Source: Candidatus Omnitrophica bacterium UBA6215
GTDB taxonomy: Bacteria; Omnitrophota; Gorgyraeia; Pluralincolimonadales; Pluralincolimonadaceae
Reading direction: 5' to 3'
Length of the DNA: 64,000 bases
Assembly (NCBI GenBank): GCA_002421665.1
Contig: DISH01000006.1
Coordinates: forward strand, 217,784-281,783
The first letter of the stretch is position 1. Each line of letters starts with the position of its first letter. The translations under genes were made by a program, and so were the position numbers. This document shows positions 48,853-59,000 of the stretch, piece after piece. The notes below the pieces were generated by a model that was not told where the DNA came from, made no database searches, and saw only the letters and a list, made by a program, of their open reading frames with translations.

Positions 48853-49602
48853 TCAGTCCTTATCCTGCTCCAGCATCTCATCGGGAATATCAAAATTCGC
48901 ATACACGTTCTGGACATCCTCATAATCTTCCAGCGCGTCTACCAGAGACAGGACCTGCTTGGCCTGGTCACCGGCAACTTTTATGGTCATCGTCGGGACC
49001 ATCGTCACCTCGGCAACCTGGCATTCCACCTTACTGTCATCGAGCGCCTTCTTTACCTTCTCGAACTCCTTCGGGTCGGTGGTAACCTCGTATGTATTCC
49101 CTTCGGTCTTCATGTCCTCAGCGCCGGCGTTCAATACTATGCCCATCAAATTGTCTTCTTCTATCTTCGACTTATCGATGACAACAAGCCCTTTCTTATG
49201 GAAAAAACGTGATACGGCGCCGGGGCCTGCCATATTCCCGCCCTTGCGCGAAAGGATGTTCTTGATCTCCGCCGCCGCCCTGTTCTTGTTGTCGGTAAGG
49301 GCCTCGACCATTATAGCTACGCCGCCCGGTCCGTATACCTCATAGACTATCGTTTCATATACTACTCCGGGAAGCTCCCCCGTGCCCTTCTTTATCGCCT
49401 TTTCGACGTTGTCCTTCGGCATATTGACTTCCTTCGCCTTCGCTAACGCAAGGCGCAGCCTCGGGTTCATGTCTGGATTGCCGCCCCCGTCCCTGGCGGC
49501 AACGGTTATTTCTTTAGTGACCTTGGTAAAAAGCTTACCTTTGACGGCATCAGCGGCAGCCTTTTTATGCTTTGTAGTGGCCCATTTCGAATGTCCGGAC
49601 AT
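48853..49602 (-). CDS. yebC: YebC/PmpR family DNA-binding transcriptional regulator
   Basis: 249-aa MSGHSKWATTKHKK... with full-length YebC family similarity. Confidence 0.9.
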   Translation of the reverse strand: MSGHSKWATTKHKKAAADAVKGKLFTKVTKEITVAARDGGGNPDMNPRLRLALAKAKEVNMPKDNVEKAIKKGTGELPGVVYETIVYEVYGPGGVAIMVEALTDNKNRAAAEIKNILSRKGGNMAGPGAVSRFFHKKGLVVIDKSKIEEDNLMGIVLNAGAEDMKTEGNTYEVTTDPKEFEKVKKALDDSKVECQVAEVTMVPTMTIKVAGDQAKQVLSLVDALEDYEDVQNVYANFDIPDEMLEQDKD

Positions 49603-49650
49603 CTCAGGAAATACCTCCGATTAGGATTATTTTGTGGATTTGAATACAAG

Positions 49651-49680
49651 ATTATACCACTCCCGGCGACGGGCTGTAAA
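49651..49680 (-). promoter_or_regulatory. Putative sigma70 promoter for the yebC-ruvCAB transcription unit
   Basis: On the minus strand, TTTACA, an 18-nt spacer and an extended -10 TGgTATAAT. Transcription would start about 40 nt before the SD GGAGG and the yebC ATG. Confidence 0.5.
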
Positions 49681-49702
49681 GTTAATTCTGGCGGGTTTAA
49701 AG

Positions 49703-51745
49703 CTATTTGTGGTGTTCGTGGCCGTGGTTTGCCCCGGCTTCCTCGGTTGCCTTTTTGGCGCCGGCAACGATCCCCTGGGTGATCTTAGCGGGGACTTCCT
49801 CATAATGGTCGAATTTCATGGAGTAAGAACCGCGGCCGCCTGTCATCGAACGCAACTCCGTGGCATATTTGAACATCTCGGCCAAAGGTATCAGGGCTTT
49901 GACGTACTCCTGCTTGCCCCGGCCCTCTATTCCCATTATCCTGCCGCGGCGCGAATTAATGTCACCCGTTATCTGCCCGAGGTAATCGTTAGGGACTATG
50001 ATCTCCACGCTCATGACAGGCTCAAGGAGAACCGGGCTCGCCTGCTCTTGTCCGTTCTTGAAGGCCATAGACCCGGCTATCTGGAAAGCCATGTCGGAAG
50101 AATCGACTTCGTGGAACGAGCCGTCATATACGGTTACCCTTACGTCGACCACCGGGTACCCGGCAAGGAAACCTTTTGTCATGGCATCCTTAACCCCTTT
50201 CTCAACAGAAGGGATATACTGCCTGGGGATGGCGCCTCCAACGACTTTATCGACGAATTCAAAGGCTTTTCCATGGGGCAGCGGTTCAAGCTCCAGCCAG
50301 CAATCGCCGTATTGGCCTCGGCCGCCGGACTGCCTCTTGAACTTACCCTGTACCTTGACGGTCTTCTTTATGGTCTCTTTATACGGGACTTTCGGGACGC
50401 CTACTTCCACTTCCACCCCAAAACGTTTCTTCATCCTGTCAAGCATGACATCCAGATGCAGGTCCCCCATGCCGGAAATTACCAATTCATGGGTCTGTTC
50501 GTCACGACTTATACGGAAGGTCGGGTCTTCTGAAACAAGCCGCGTAAGCGCAGCCATGATCTTTTCTTCATCCTGGCGTGTCTTGGGCTTTACCGAGTTC
50601 GATATGCACGGTTCCGGGAAACCGGTAGGAGTAAAAACAACCGGATTTTTATCGTCACAAACGGTGTCGTTATTATGGGTATCCTTAAGTTTGGCTACGG
50701 CGGCAATATCCCCTGCGGCGGCTTTTTGCACAGGTATCTGTTCCTTACCCTGAAGGATATATATCTGTCCTATCCTCTCCTTCAAGTCCCTTGAAGAATT
50801 ATAGAAACCCGAGTTGGACTCGACTGCCCCGGAATATACCCTGAAAAGCGTAAGATGGCCTACGTATGGATCGAAGATATCCTTGAATATAAAAGCTGAA
50901 AAGGGCCCGTCTTCGACGGGGCTTCTCGAGACGGCTTCTTTTGTCTTAGGGTTGACCCCTTCGACCGCTTGCCTATCCGCAGGAGAAGGCAGGAGGTCGA
51001 CTATGCCGTCCAATAGCTCCTGGACGCCAATGTTCTGCACCGCGGACCCGCAAAAAACCGGTACTATTTTTCCCGATATGCAGGCGGCTTTAAGGGCTTT
51101 CGTGATCTCGTCAGGGGACAACTCCTTCCCTTCAAGATATTTTTCCGTGAGCGAATCATCGGTCTCCACAACAGCGTCAAGGAGGTCTTCTTTAAGCTTC
51201 CCTCCTTTTGCCAAAACGTTCTCGACCGATTTAAAGGAAAGCTGTTCCCCCACCGGGCAGTTCAATGCCACGCACTGCCGCCCGAAGCGCTCACGTATCG
51301 CCTCCAGAGTATTTTCAAAACTGGCGTTCTCCTTATCCAGTTTGTTCAGGAATATGATGCGGGGGATCGCGCTATCCTCCAGTAACCCCCATACGCGTTC
51401 CGTACCCACTTCTATCCCGTGAACAGTCTCAACGATGAGAACGGCCGCGTCCGCGGCGCGCATCGGAGCTATGACATCTCCTACAAAATCGGCATAACCG
51501 GGCGTGTCCAGGATATGTACACGCGTATTCTTCCATATAAGATGCAGGAACTTTGAGCTAATGGATATCTTCCGCTCTATCTCATCGGAGTTGTAATCGG
51601 AATGGGTATTGCCCTCGGATATCTTACCGAGGCGTGTCGTCATCTTGGAATCGAACAAAAGCGCTTCAATCAATGATGTCTTCCCCGAACCGGAGTGCGA
51701 AACGAAGATCACGTTGCGGATGTCTTTTGAGGGATATCTTTCCAT
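49703..51745 (-). CDS. Elongation factor G paralogue (EF-G2-like translational GTPase)
   Basis: 680 aa with the five-domain EF-G architecture. G motifs are DTPGYADF and NKLD. G1 is divergent: SHSGSGKTS instead of AHIDAGKTT. SD AAGGAAGGA. Confidence 0.85.
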   Translation of the reverse strand: MERYPSKDIRNVIFVSHSGSGKTSLIEALLFDSKMTTRLGKISEGNTHSDYNSDEIERKISISSKFLHLIWKNTRVHILDTPGYADFVGDVIAPMRAADAAVLIVETVHGIEVGTERVWGLLEDSAIPRIIFLNKLDKENASFENTLEAIRERFGRQCVALNCPVGEQLSFKSVENVLAKGGKLKEDLLDAVVETDDSLTEKYLEGKELSPDEITKALKAACISGKIVPVFCGSAVQNIGVQELLDGIVDLLPSPADRQAVEGVNPKTKEAVSRSPVEDGPFSAFIFKDIFDPYVGHLTLFRVYSGAVESNSGFYNSSRDLKERIGQIYILQGKEQIPVQKAAAGDIAAVAKLKDTHNNDTVCDDKNPVVFTPTGFPEPCISNSVKPKTRQDEEKIMAALTRLVSEDPTFRISRDEQTHELVISGMGDLHLDVMLDRMKKRFGVEVEVGVPKVPYKETIKKTVKVQGKFKRQSGGRGQYGDCWLELEPLPHGKAFEFVDKVVGGAIPRQYIPSVEKGVKDAMTKGFLAGYPVVDVRVTVYDGSFHEVDSSDMAFQIAGSMAFKNGQEQASPVLLEPVMSVEIIVPNDYLGQITGDINSRRGRIMGIEGRGKQEYVKALIPLAEMFKYATELRSMTGGRGSYSMKFDHYEEVPAKITQGIVAGAKKATEEAGANHGHEHHK

Positions 51746-51817
51746 AAGGTCCTTCCTTTAAATTAGATTTATTGGTGAGGTCTGCCTTTTTGGACACTAC
51801 AGATATGTATATGGTAA

Positions 51818-51846
51818 AATATAACTCGCCCGTGAAATGTTGTCAA
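51818..51846 (-). promoter_or_regulatory. Putative strong sigma70 promoter for the EF-G paralogue
   Basis: On the minus strand, a perfect TTGACA, a 17-nt spacer and TATATT, about 70 nt upstream of the ATG. It lies in the 113-nt gap downstream of the pilin-like array. Confidence 0.55.
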
Positions 51847-51858
51847 GCAAAAATCAGG

Positions 51859-54800
51859 TCAAAACTCCTTGAAATACAAGATATCCGTCTTCGGAAGATA
51901 TGTAACGGTAATGTCCTCCAAGACGGGGGTCTCAAGCGCCGGGGTCCCGGTCGTCGAGATCGCCGACTGCTGCAGGACAAAACCGTCCCAGTAATTATCC
52001 GTAGGTATCCACTTACCCCAAACACCTATCCCGGCGCGCACTTTCGTCGCGGATGTCGGGGCCGCAACCCAGCCCATATCCATAAATATATAATCACTAC
52101 CAACGTTAGTGCCCGATGAGACCGGCGTCGAACCTGAGTAAACAATGTTGCCTGCACTATCATAAAATTTCAGTTCAAGATCTCCGTGCCAACTGCCGCA
52201 GTCTGCGGACCATGAATACCATCCGCTGAATCTGTATTTGGCGCCTTTAACGCACGGCACCTCCTGATATATTTCGGTATCCAATTTACTGCTGTTGCTG
52301 CCGGAGCGCCTGCCGTGTCGCAGGCTATATGCTCCTTCATGCGGCTTGAGAGTGCTTGCAGTAGCGCCATTTGCCAATGCAACCGTCCAGTTGCTCAAAC
52401 TCCCGCTTTCGAAGCCGCCGTTCACTAAGACATTATCAACCTCTTGGACAGTTTCAGTCCCCGTAGCAATTAATTCCGCTTTAACCGCCAATTTGTCACT
52501 AACCGTATTTATAGCCCGCCCCGCGGAGGGATCGGTCCACTCCCCTGTCCATGAGGTCTTTGCACCTGTCGTATCCACGGATACCGTAATTCCGCCGCCT
52601 TCATCGGCTATTTCGTCCGGCACGGCTTGCGTCCATGTTATGGTCCCAAGCAGGACATTTTTCCCGAAGTCGATCTCCGGGGACTCATAACTACCGTTCA
52701 TGACATAAATACCGTTGTTCATATCCGCGACGATCTCGTAATCAGACCGTTGGGTATCCCACATCCAGACCGAACCTATCACCGAGTTGGAAAACTCGTA
52801 GCTGCCTTCACTTACATTCCACTTGCTGTATTCGTTTCCGCACATGAAATCATAATCTATATCGGATTTATCCTCGTAATCGGGATGATAATAATAAACG
52901 TTTATATCGTTAGATCCGTCCGAACCGCAATTATAAAAGAGCTTCAGTTCCCCGTTCAAATATACGTACATAGGGCATACGGAGGAATTGTACGTCCCCT
53001 CCGGGTTTCCTTCTATCGGAGAAGGATTAGTCCACGTAACCGCCAGATGATTCCACTTACCCGCATCCCAATGGCCCCAACTCCTGCTGCCATAAGGCCA
53101 TCCAAAGCCGGTATCCCCCCATTTGAACAACCCTTCGGAAAACCCCCATTTTGAAGTCGACGGGCTCCATCGCCCTCCTCCCCACTTAGCCTCAGCGTAA
53201 GTCCCCCCTCCGTCGGACCACATGAATAACGCCATAAATGGCATTCCGGCGGGATCGTCATAGCCGTCTATGGCGCTTCCGCTCGTAAGTCTTAGCATCT
53301 TCCTGTCCACATCGCTGTCCCCATACATCATGGAATCGATACTGTTCCATTGGGTCTTGAACCATATCTCAAGCGTCCCCTTACTGGCGGAAACATTCCC
53401 GGGGCATTTATATGCGGCGTTTACCTTATCGAACATGTCGGAAAGCATTCCGTCGGGCATAAGGTCCCCGCGGGTCAGGTAATCCGCAATACTTCCAATA
53501 TTTGGCTTTGTCCCGCTCCCGCTCGCCTTGACATCGGAAAGGGATTTATTGCCGCCCGCACTCTGGGCATCCAACGACTTCCTGTAATTAGCGTTGAACC
53601 AGGAGGTGCAGCTCGTCCCATCCGGGCCGCCAACGGTCTTCTTGGCGAGCATTATCTGTCCGTCGTATGCCGCCGCGGACGGACGCAGGTCCGTATCTTC
53701 CACCTCGACCGGCTCGGGATAAGTCGTGATATCCGTCTTGGAAGAGCCCGTCGCCTCAAACTGCTGCTGGCTCGTTAACCTGTACTGGTCAAATATCTTG
53801 GCAATACATATCACGTTCTTCTTCGCAACGGTTATCGGAGGTCTGCTTACCGTGCCCACAGAGGTTATCTCGTAGTAACCGCCGGAATTAAAACTGAACT
53901 CCGTAGTGTTGACACTAAAACCTCTGTCGTCCGAGTCCGCCGCACCGTTCTTGTTCCAATCCATGAGATATTTCCCGATATACCCCATCTTTGACGCCCA
54001 GCCGTAATTACGTATCCATGAAAACCCGGTATTCGGATTCGCGTTAGCCATAACCAAATCGGCGTCCCTGGAGCCTATCGAACTGCATCCTGCTATTGAC
54101 TCATAAAACTGCGGCCATCCTGAATAAGGCCTATGGTCTATTATATACTGGGCCAAAACATTCGCTTCATCAGCCGTTATCTCAAGAGTACCGGTCCCGG
54201 AACATGCATCGCATGCAACGGGCCCGATCAATGATGTCCCGGCCAGTGAACCGTCTCCCCCGCATTTCGGGCAGGCGTGTATCGCTTTTATCCCCCTGAG
54301 GACGGCCCTAAGGACTTCTTTTGAAGCGGTATTCACGTTGATCGGAGCCCTCGGCTGCAACGCATAAGGCGTAACCAAATCTGTAGGGTTTACCACGGAA
54401 GTATCGATAAAACCGTAGATGGTAAGGTAATCGGCGACCCCGGCGTACTTTTCCTCGATCTCGGCTTTTGTGGAACCGCTTATATATAACTTTATCTCTT
54501 CTTTCGCGGAATAAGGCGCATGCGAAGCTATGTTATCGCAATCGGCATCGGTAAGCAGCGCGGGACTTGAGGTAGCGCTCAAGTTCTTTAATATCTGGGC
54601 AAGGTTTGGATTGCCGTCATTAAGGTTTATCCGGCTGGCGCAATCTACCGCGGTAACGCTATATGAACCGGCAAGGCCCCTGTCGAAGGTAAACGTTCCG
54701 TCATACGATACTTCGGACGTATCAACGGCATCCGCAGTCGCCCCGTTGTCCCCCGTCCTCAATTCGGCTATCGCTTTCGCTATACCGGCATCCGCCATCA

Positions 54801-54942
54801 TCGACGCCTTTTTCGCGTAATAATAATTAAACGCCGATTTGAGACCTAATATAGAATTTATGGTAAAACTTACGCCAATAAAGGACATAAAGGTCAACGC
54901 GCCCAAGGCTATAAGTATAGCGACGCCTTTTCTTTTCCGCAT
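51859..54942 (-). CDS. Giant (1027 aa) PilX/GspK-like minor-pseudopilin protein with DnaJ-type zinc knuckle, LamG/ConA-like and CBM4/9-like modules (paralogue 1)
   Basis: N-terminus MRKRKGVAILIALGALTFMSF...AKAIAEL resembles PilX_N/GspK. GspK-like NLN (SYSVTAVDCASRINLND) and NVNTAS (INVNTASKEVLRAVL) motifs are present. Zinc knuckle CPKCGGDG...CDACSGTG. LamG-like GKWNHLAVTW...YVYLNGEL. CBM4/9-like VNGGFESGSLSNWT...YRFSGW. The C-terminus PVLEDITVTYLPKTDILYFKEF is shared with the paralogues. Confidence 0.75.
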   Translation of the reverse strand: MRKRKGVAILIALGALTFMSFIGVSFTINSILGLKSAFNYYYAKKASMMADAGIAKAIAELRTGDNGATADAVDTSEVSYDGTFTFDRGLAGSYSVTAVDCASRINLNDGNPNLAQILKNLSATSSPALLTDADCDNIASHAPYSAKEEIKLYISGSTKAEIEEKYAGVADYLTIYGFIDTSVVNPTDLVTPYALQPRAPINVNTASKEVLRAVLRGIKAIHACPKCGGDGSLAGTSLIGPVACDACSGTGTLEITADEANVLAQYIIDHRPYSGWPQFYESIAGCSSIGSRDADLVMANANPNTGFSWIRNYGWASKMGYIGKYLMDWNKNGAADSDDRGFSVNTTEFSFNSGGYYEITSVGTVSRPPITVAKKNVICIAKIFDQYRLTSQQQFEATGSSKTDITTYPEPVEVEDTDLRPSAAAYDGQIMLAKKTVGGPDGTSCTSWFNANYRKSLDAQSAGGNKSLSDVKASGSGTKPNIGSIADYLTRGDLMPDGMLSDMFDKVNAAYKCPGNVSASKGTLEIWFKTQWNSIDSMMYGDSDVDRKMLRLTSGSAIDGYDDPAGMPFMALFMWSDGGGTYAEAKWGGGRWSPSTSKWGFSEGLFKWGDTGFGWPYGSRSWGHWDAGKWNHLAVTWTNPSPIEGNPEGTYNSSVCPMYVYLNGELKLFYNCGSDGSNDINVYYYHPDYEDKSDIDYDFMCGNEYSKWNVSEGSYEFSNSVIGSVWMWDTQRSDYEIVADMNNGIYVMNGSYESPEIDFGKNVLLGTITWTQAVPDEIADEGGGITVSVDTTGAKTSWTGEWTDPSAGRAINTVSDKLAVKAELIATGTETVQEVDNVLVNGGFESGSLSNWTVALANGATASTLKPHEGAYSLRHGRRSGSNSSKLDTEIYQEVPCVKGAKYRFSGWYSWSADCGSWHGDLELKFYDSAGNIVYSGSTPVSSGTNVGSDYIFMDMGWVAAPTSATKVRAGIGVWGKWIPTDNYWDGFVLQQSAISTTGTPALETPVLEDITVTYLPKTDILYFKEF

Positions 54943-56010
54943 CTAATAACCTGTCCCTGTTGTTATCGAAGCTTCTTTTCTGATATAACTCGTCAATTCC
55001 TCAAATCCGTCCTCGTCGAGAAGCTTTTTCATTACCTCAGGATTTATCCTCGTATTCGGGTCGTTCTTCACCTTATTATAGACGGATGGATTTTTAAACT
55101 CAAGGTCGCAGTATTGCTGTAATTTTAAAAGTGAGTTAGCGGCAACTGTCACTGCATCTTCCGCACCCGGATGGAGAACATTTCTGGCATCGCTCTTCTT
55201 CTGCAACCCCCTTAAATAAAGCGCCCATGAGTTTGCCCATTTATTCCACTCTTTCGCGTTGAATTTCCTCTTCGAAGACTCATACATCCTGCATAGTTCC
55301 GAACGCGACGCCTCAAGCTTGGAGATCGAGGAACAAACCCTGCCCTTAAACTCCGCCTCCGTGCAGAGTATCTCCTTCATCCCGCCAGCATAAAGCAGGC
55401 AGCGCGACTCTGCCGTTCTTGCCTTGGTGCCTGAGGCAAAATTGGTCAACAACAGTTTTTTGATATCCTCTGTTTGTCTCTCCGGGGTAAAGATCGCCGT
55501 GACCGTATACACGGAAGGAAGCAGCCTTCTTTTTGAAAATTTGAAATCCATGAAGAACTTGTTTCCGAATACGCTTGTCCTGCCCGAAGCCATGACCACT
55601 CCGCGTCTTGCTATTAGAAGTTCTATAGAGGCGCCGTCGGGAAAAACGGCATCACCTTCAACGTCAACGATCACGGTATCTCCCTGACGGTCATAAAAAG
55701 CCCTTACCGACAGATCATAGGGCATGGCCTTGTCTTTATCTTCCTGGGGGTTAACCGGGGAGGGGGCCGATTCGGTCTTGGAGAAAAAATCTTCCGGCAG
55801 GGGCTTCTTTTCTATGGATCCTACATCACTCAAGCTGAATTTTACCTTACCTGCCTTCATCCTGAAGATCAGGCAGTTGCTATCCTCTTCCGTGATCTCG
55901 CCTTCAAACACTTTGCCGTTCTTAAGCCTGATCTCGTCCGCGAACGAACCCTGCAGGACAAAAAAAAGACTGGCGCAGATAACAATTATCCGGCCGGCCT
56001 TTGATAGCAT
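54943..56010 (-). CDS. Secreted hypothetical protein, paralogue family member 1 (355 aa)
   Basis: Sec signal peptide (cleavage near SFA/DE). N-terminal IRLKNGKVFEGEITEE beta-hairpin motif, a beta-sandwich-like middle and a W-rich helical C-terminus EWNKWANSWALYLRGL. Paralogous to the 343-aa and 403-aa genes. No gap from the upstream pilin-like gene. Confidence 0.7.
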   Translation of the reverse strand: MLSKAGRIIVICASLFFVLQGSFADEIRLKNGKVFEGEITEEDSNCLIFRMKAGKVKFSLSDVGSIEKKPLPEDFFSKTESAPSPVNPQEDKDKAMPYDLSVRAFYDRQGDTVIVDVEGDAVFPDGASIELLIARRGVVMASGRTSVFGNKFFMDFKFSKRRLLPSVYTVTAIFTPERQTEDIKKLLLTNFASGTKARTAESRCLLYAGGMKEILCTEAEFKGRVCSSISKLEASRSELCRMYESSKRKFNAKEWNKWANSWALYLRGLQKKSDARNVLHPGAEDAVTVAANSLLKLQQYCDLEFKNPSVYNKVKNDPNTRINPEVMKKLLDEDGFEELTSYIRKEASITTGTGY

Positions 56011-56013
56011 GTA

Positions 56014-59000
56014 TCAAAACTCTCTGGTGTAGAGCACCTGTGTCTTCGGCAGGTACGTAAAAGTCACGTCCTCGATAACAGGCGTATCAGTAAGAGGGAC
56101 AAGCGTCGTCGCTCCCTGCTCGATGAGCTTAAGGTCGTCAAAACTGGCGGGAATATACGCCCCGGAAGCCCAGCTGCATAGAGATATAGTGCAAAGGGTC
56201 GCGTCAGCGGGAGCCGTTACCCAGCTGCCGTTGGTAGGTATGCGCGTGTAAAGCCACGCGTCGCGAGTCCCCATGATAGATACTTCACCGCTGTTATAAC
56301 CGCCCGTCCCGTTGAACCACATCGTATAATAACAATTAATTGTTCCATACCCGCTCGGAAGGTAGGAATATCCTTCGAACTTGTATGCCTTTCCTCCGGT
56401 TATCGGCACGTCTATAGATACCCTGGCACTGCCGAAATTACCTGCGGACCAGGTCCCGCCGTGGACCGGACGGGCTTTAGTGCTAAGGAAAGTCCCCCAA
56501 CTCGGCGAGGCGCCCCAGCCTGAAGGAAGCGGGGCTTCGCTGCCGCCCAAGCCGGGATCATGCGTTTCAAAAGTCGGATCGGTGCAATCTTGCATGACAT
56601 CCGCGTCGGGCTGCGCAGCCGTACCCTTGGTCGAATTGAATACGCTTCTGAAGCGTATGGAACTGCTCCTTACGCGGTTATTGGAATTATTGACTATCGC
56701 CTCTCCTGATGATGAGCCGGTAGACTCCCAATCCCCGTAATAGGTCCCGGATATCGCCGGGTCAACAGCCATAGTTATCGTCTCTTCCGTACTCGGAGTT
56801 ATGGCGGTCCAGCTTGCCGTAGCCCACGTAACCGGGGTCCCGGTATCCGGAGAAGGCAGCGTTAATGTCGGAGATACATACGTCCCGGTCTTCCGGAACA
56901 GGCCGTTGCCGTATTCGGTCAGTATCTGGGCATTCGAAAGCTGCTGGTCCCATATCCTTACCGACGCCACAACCCCGTTCAACTGGCTGCGCTGGAAATG
57001 TGAAACCGTGCCGCTGCCCGCCCACCACTCGTTCCCAAGCATGAGGTATTGGGCGGAAGTGCTATCAAGATATTCCAAGTGGTGGAAATTCTGGTCCGTA
57101 CTCCTCTGTTTCCCGTCAAAATAGACTTTAAGGTCCTTCGGATAAATGCCCGGCCATGTAGACGTACTGTTAGCCGGATTACATTTGCCGTCATTAGCCG
57201 GTTCTTTCCAGCTGATCACATACTGGTGCCATTTACCGGAATTCCACGTACCCAAGGCCTCGGACCCTACATAGTTCCTGCAAAATTCTATGGCGTATTC
57301 GTTGCTTCCTTCTCCCTTGGAAGGATAATATTGCCAACTGGTACCGTTCCAGTACCCGTATCCCTGGGCGCCTATGGAACAGCCTTTCTGTGTCCCGCTG
57401 AAATTCTGCGAATAAAAAACATACGTGGAGAACGGCCATGTCTTGGTTCCGCTGCCGGTTATCTCGTCTTTGCTCATCAGTCGGTATATCTTGCGGTCCT
57501 TACAATCATCGTTATAAAGCATCGTATCGTTGCTGTTCCACATCGACTTGAACCATATCTCCATAGTACCGGCGCTGTAAGTGATATTATTGTTAGCCAG
57601 GTAGTCCGGGCAGACCACGTCATATGTATCGATAAGCATGCCGTCGGGCATCAATTCACCCCTTGAGCCCGCGGAAGCCACGCTGCCGATATTGGGCTTG
57701 GTCGCCAAAGTTCCGGAACCCGGGTTCGGCGGGTTTTGCAAAGCCGAGCTCCCCCCCGCGGCATTGGCATTCAACGAGGTGGTATAAGTAGCCCTGAAAA
57801 ATTTTCCGGAATTAGGCGTAGTACGGCTGACCCTGTCCATCATTATTTGCCCGTCATACGCCGCAGCTGTCACGCCTACCCCGGCAGGTTCCGGGTAAGT
57901 AGTCGTATTGGTTTTTACGTTCCCCGCCGAATCGAACTGCTGCTGATTGGCGGCTTTAACTATACCGAAAAGCCTGGCTGTCTCAGATATACCTCGCTGG
58001 GCGAGCAACACACCCGCAACCGTCCTGTAAGTACCGGTGGACCTTATCTCGTAATAGCCGCCCGAGTTAAAACTGAATTCCGTCGTGCTCTTCCTGAGCC
58101 CTTTATCGGTCGCCTCAACGGTCCCGTTCTTGTCGATATCTATCATATACTTACCCACATAACCCAGTCGCAATGCCCACGCATCATTACGGGCCCACGA
58201 AAAACCCGTATTGGGGTTAGCGTTAGCCATCACCACTTCCTGGTCGGACGAATATGTCCCGTTATTAAAGAACGCCTTTATCGAAGAATAGAAAGACTCC
58301 CAGCTTATATAGGGCCTGTGCGCCACTATGTAATTGGCCAGGTCCTGGGCTTCGGTCGAGTTTATTATCAGGTTACCCGTAATATTTGAAGGAGAGCCCC
58401 CTCCGTCGCAATACGGACAATCCAGGTGGGTACCTAACACGTCAAAATAATAACCGTCCCCTCCGCATTTCGGGCATGAATGGTCGGCCTCTATATTCAT
58501 CAGCAGGGCTCGAAGGACCTCAGCCGAAGCCGTATTGACGTTCACCGGGGAACGCGGCTGCAGCGCGTATGGAGTAGTTATATCCTGCGGATCGATCGTC
58601 GTAGGATCGACATAGCCGTATATTGTTATATAATCGGCTATCTTCGCGTACTTCGCTTCCGATATTCCCGCTTTTACCTTGATCTCTTCTTTCGTGGTAT
58701 AAGGCCTGTTGGCGGCTATGTTGTCGCACTCGGCGGTTGTCAGGCCCGCTGAGACAACGGTATTGAGGTTTTGCAATATCTGGGAAAGGCGCGCGTTGCT
58801 GTTGCTGTCGCTGAGGTTTATGCGGCTGGCACAGTCGATAACCGTAACGCTGTAACTGCCGCGGTTGCCAAGAAGGGAATTATCGGAAAACCCGCTTGAA
58901 AAAGCCGTTTCCGCAAGACTGTCTATGGCGTCATTAAAGGCGCCCTGATTGCCGTACCTGAGTTCGGCTATGGCCTTAGCTACACCGGCTTCCGCAAGCA

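Noticed and set aside
49634-50753. 299-aa and 251-aa plus-strand ORFs inside the EF-G paralogue
   Set aside because: They are antisense to a five-domain GTPase gene with intact G motifs, and are spurious.
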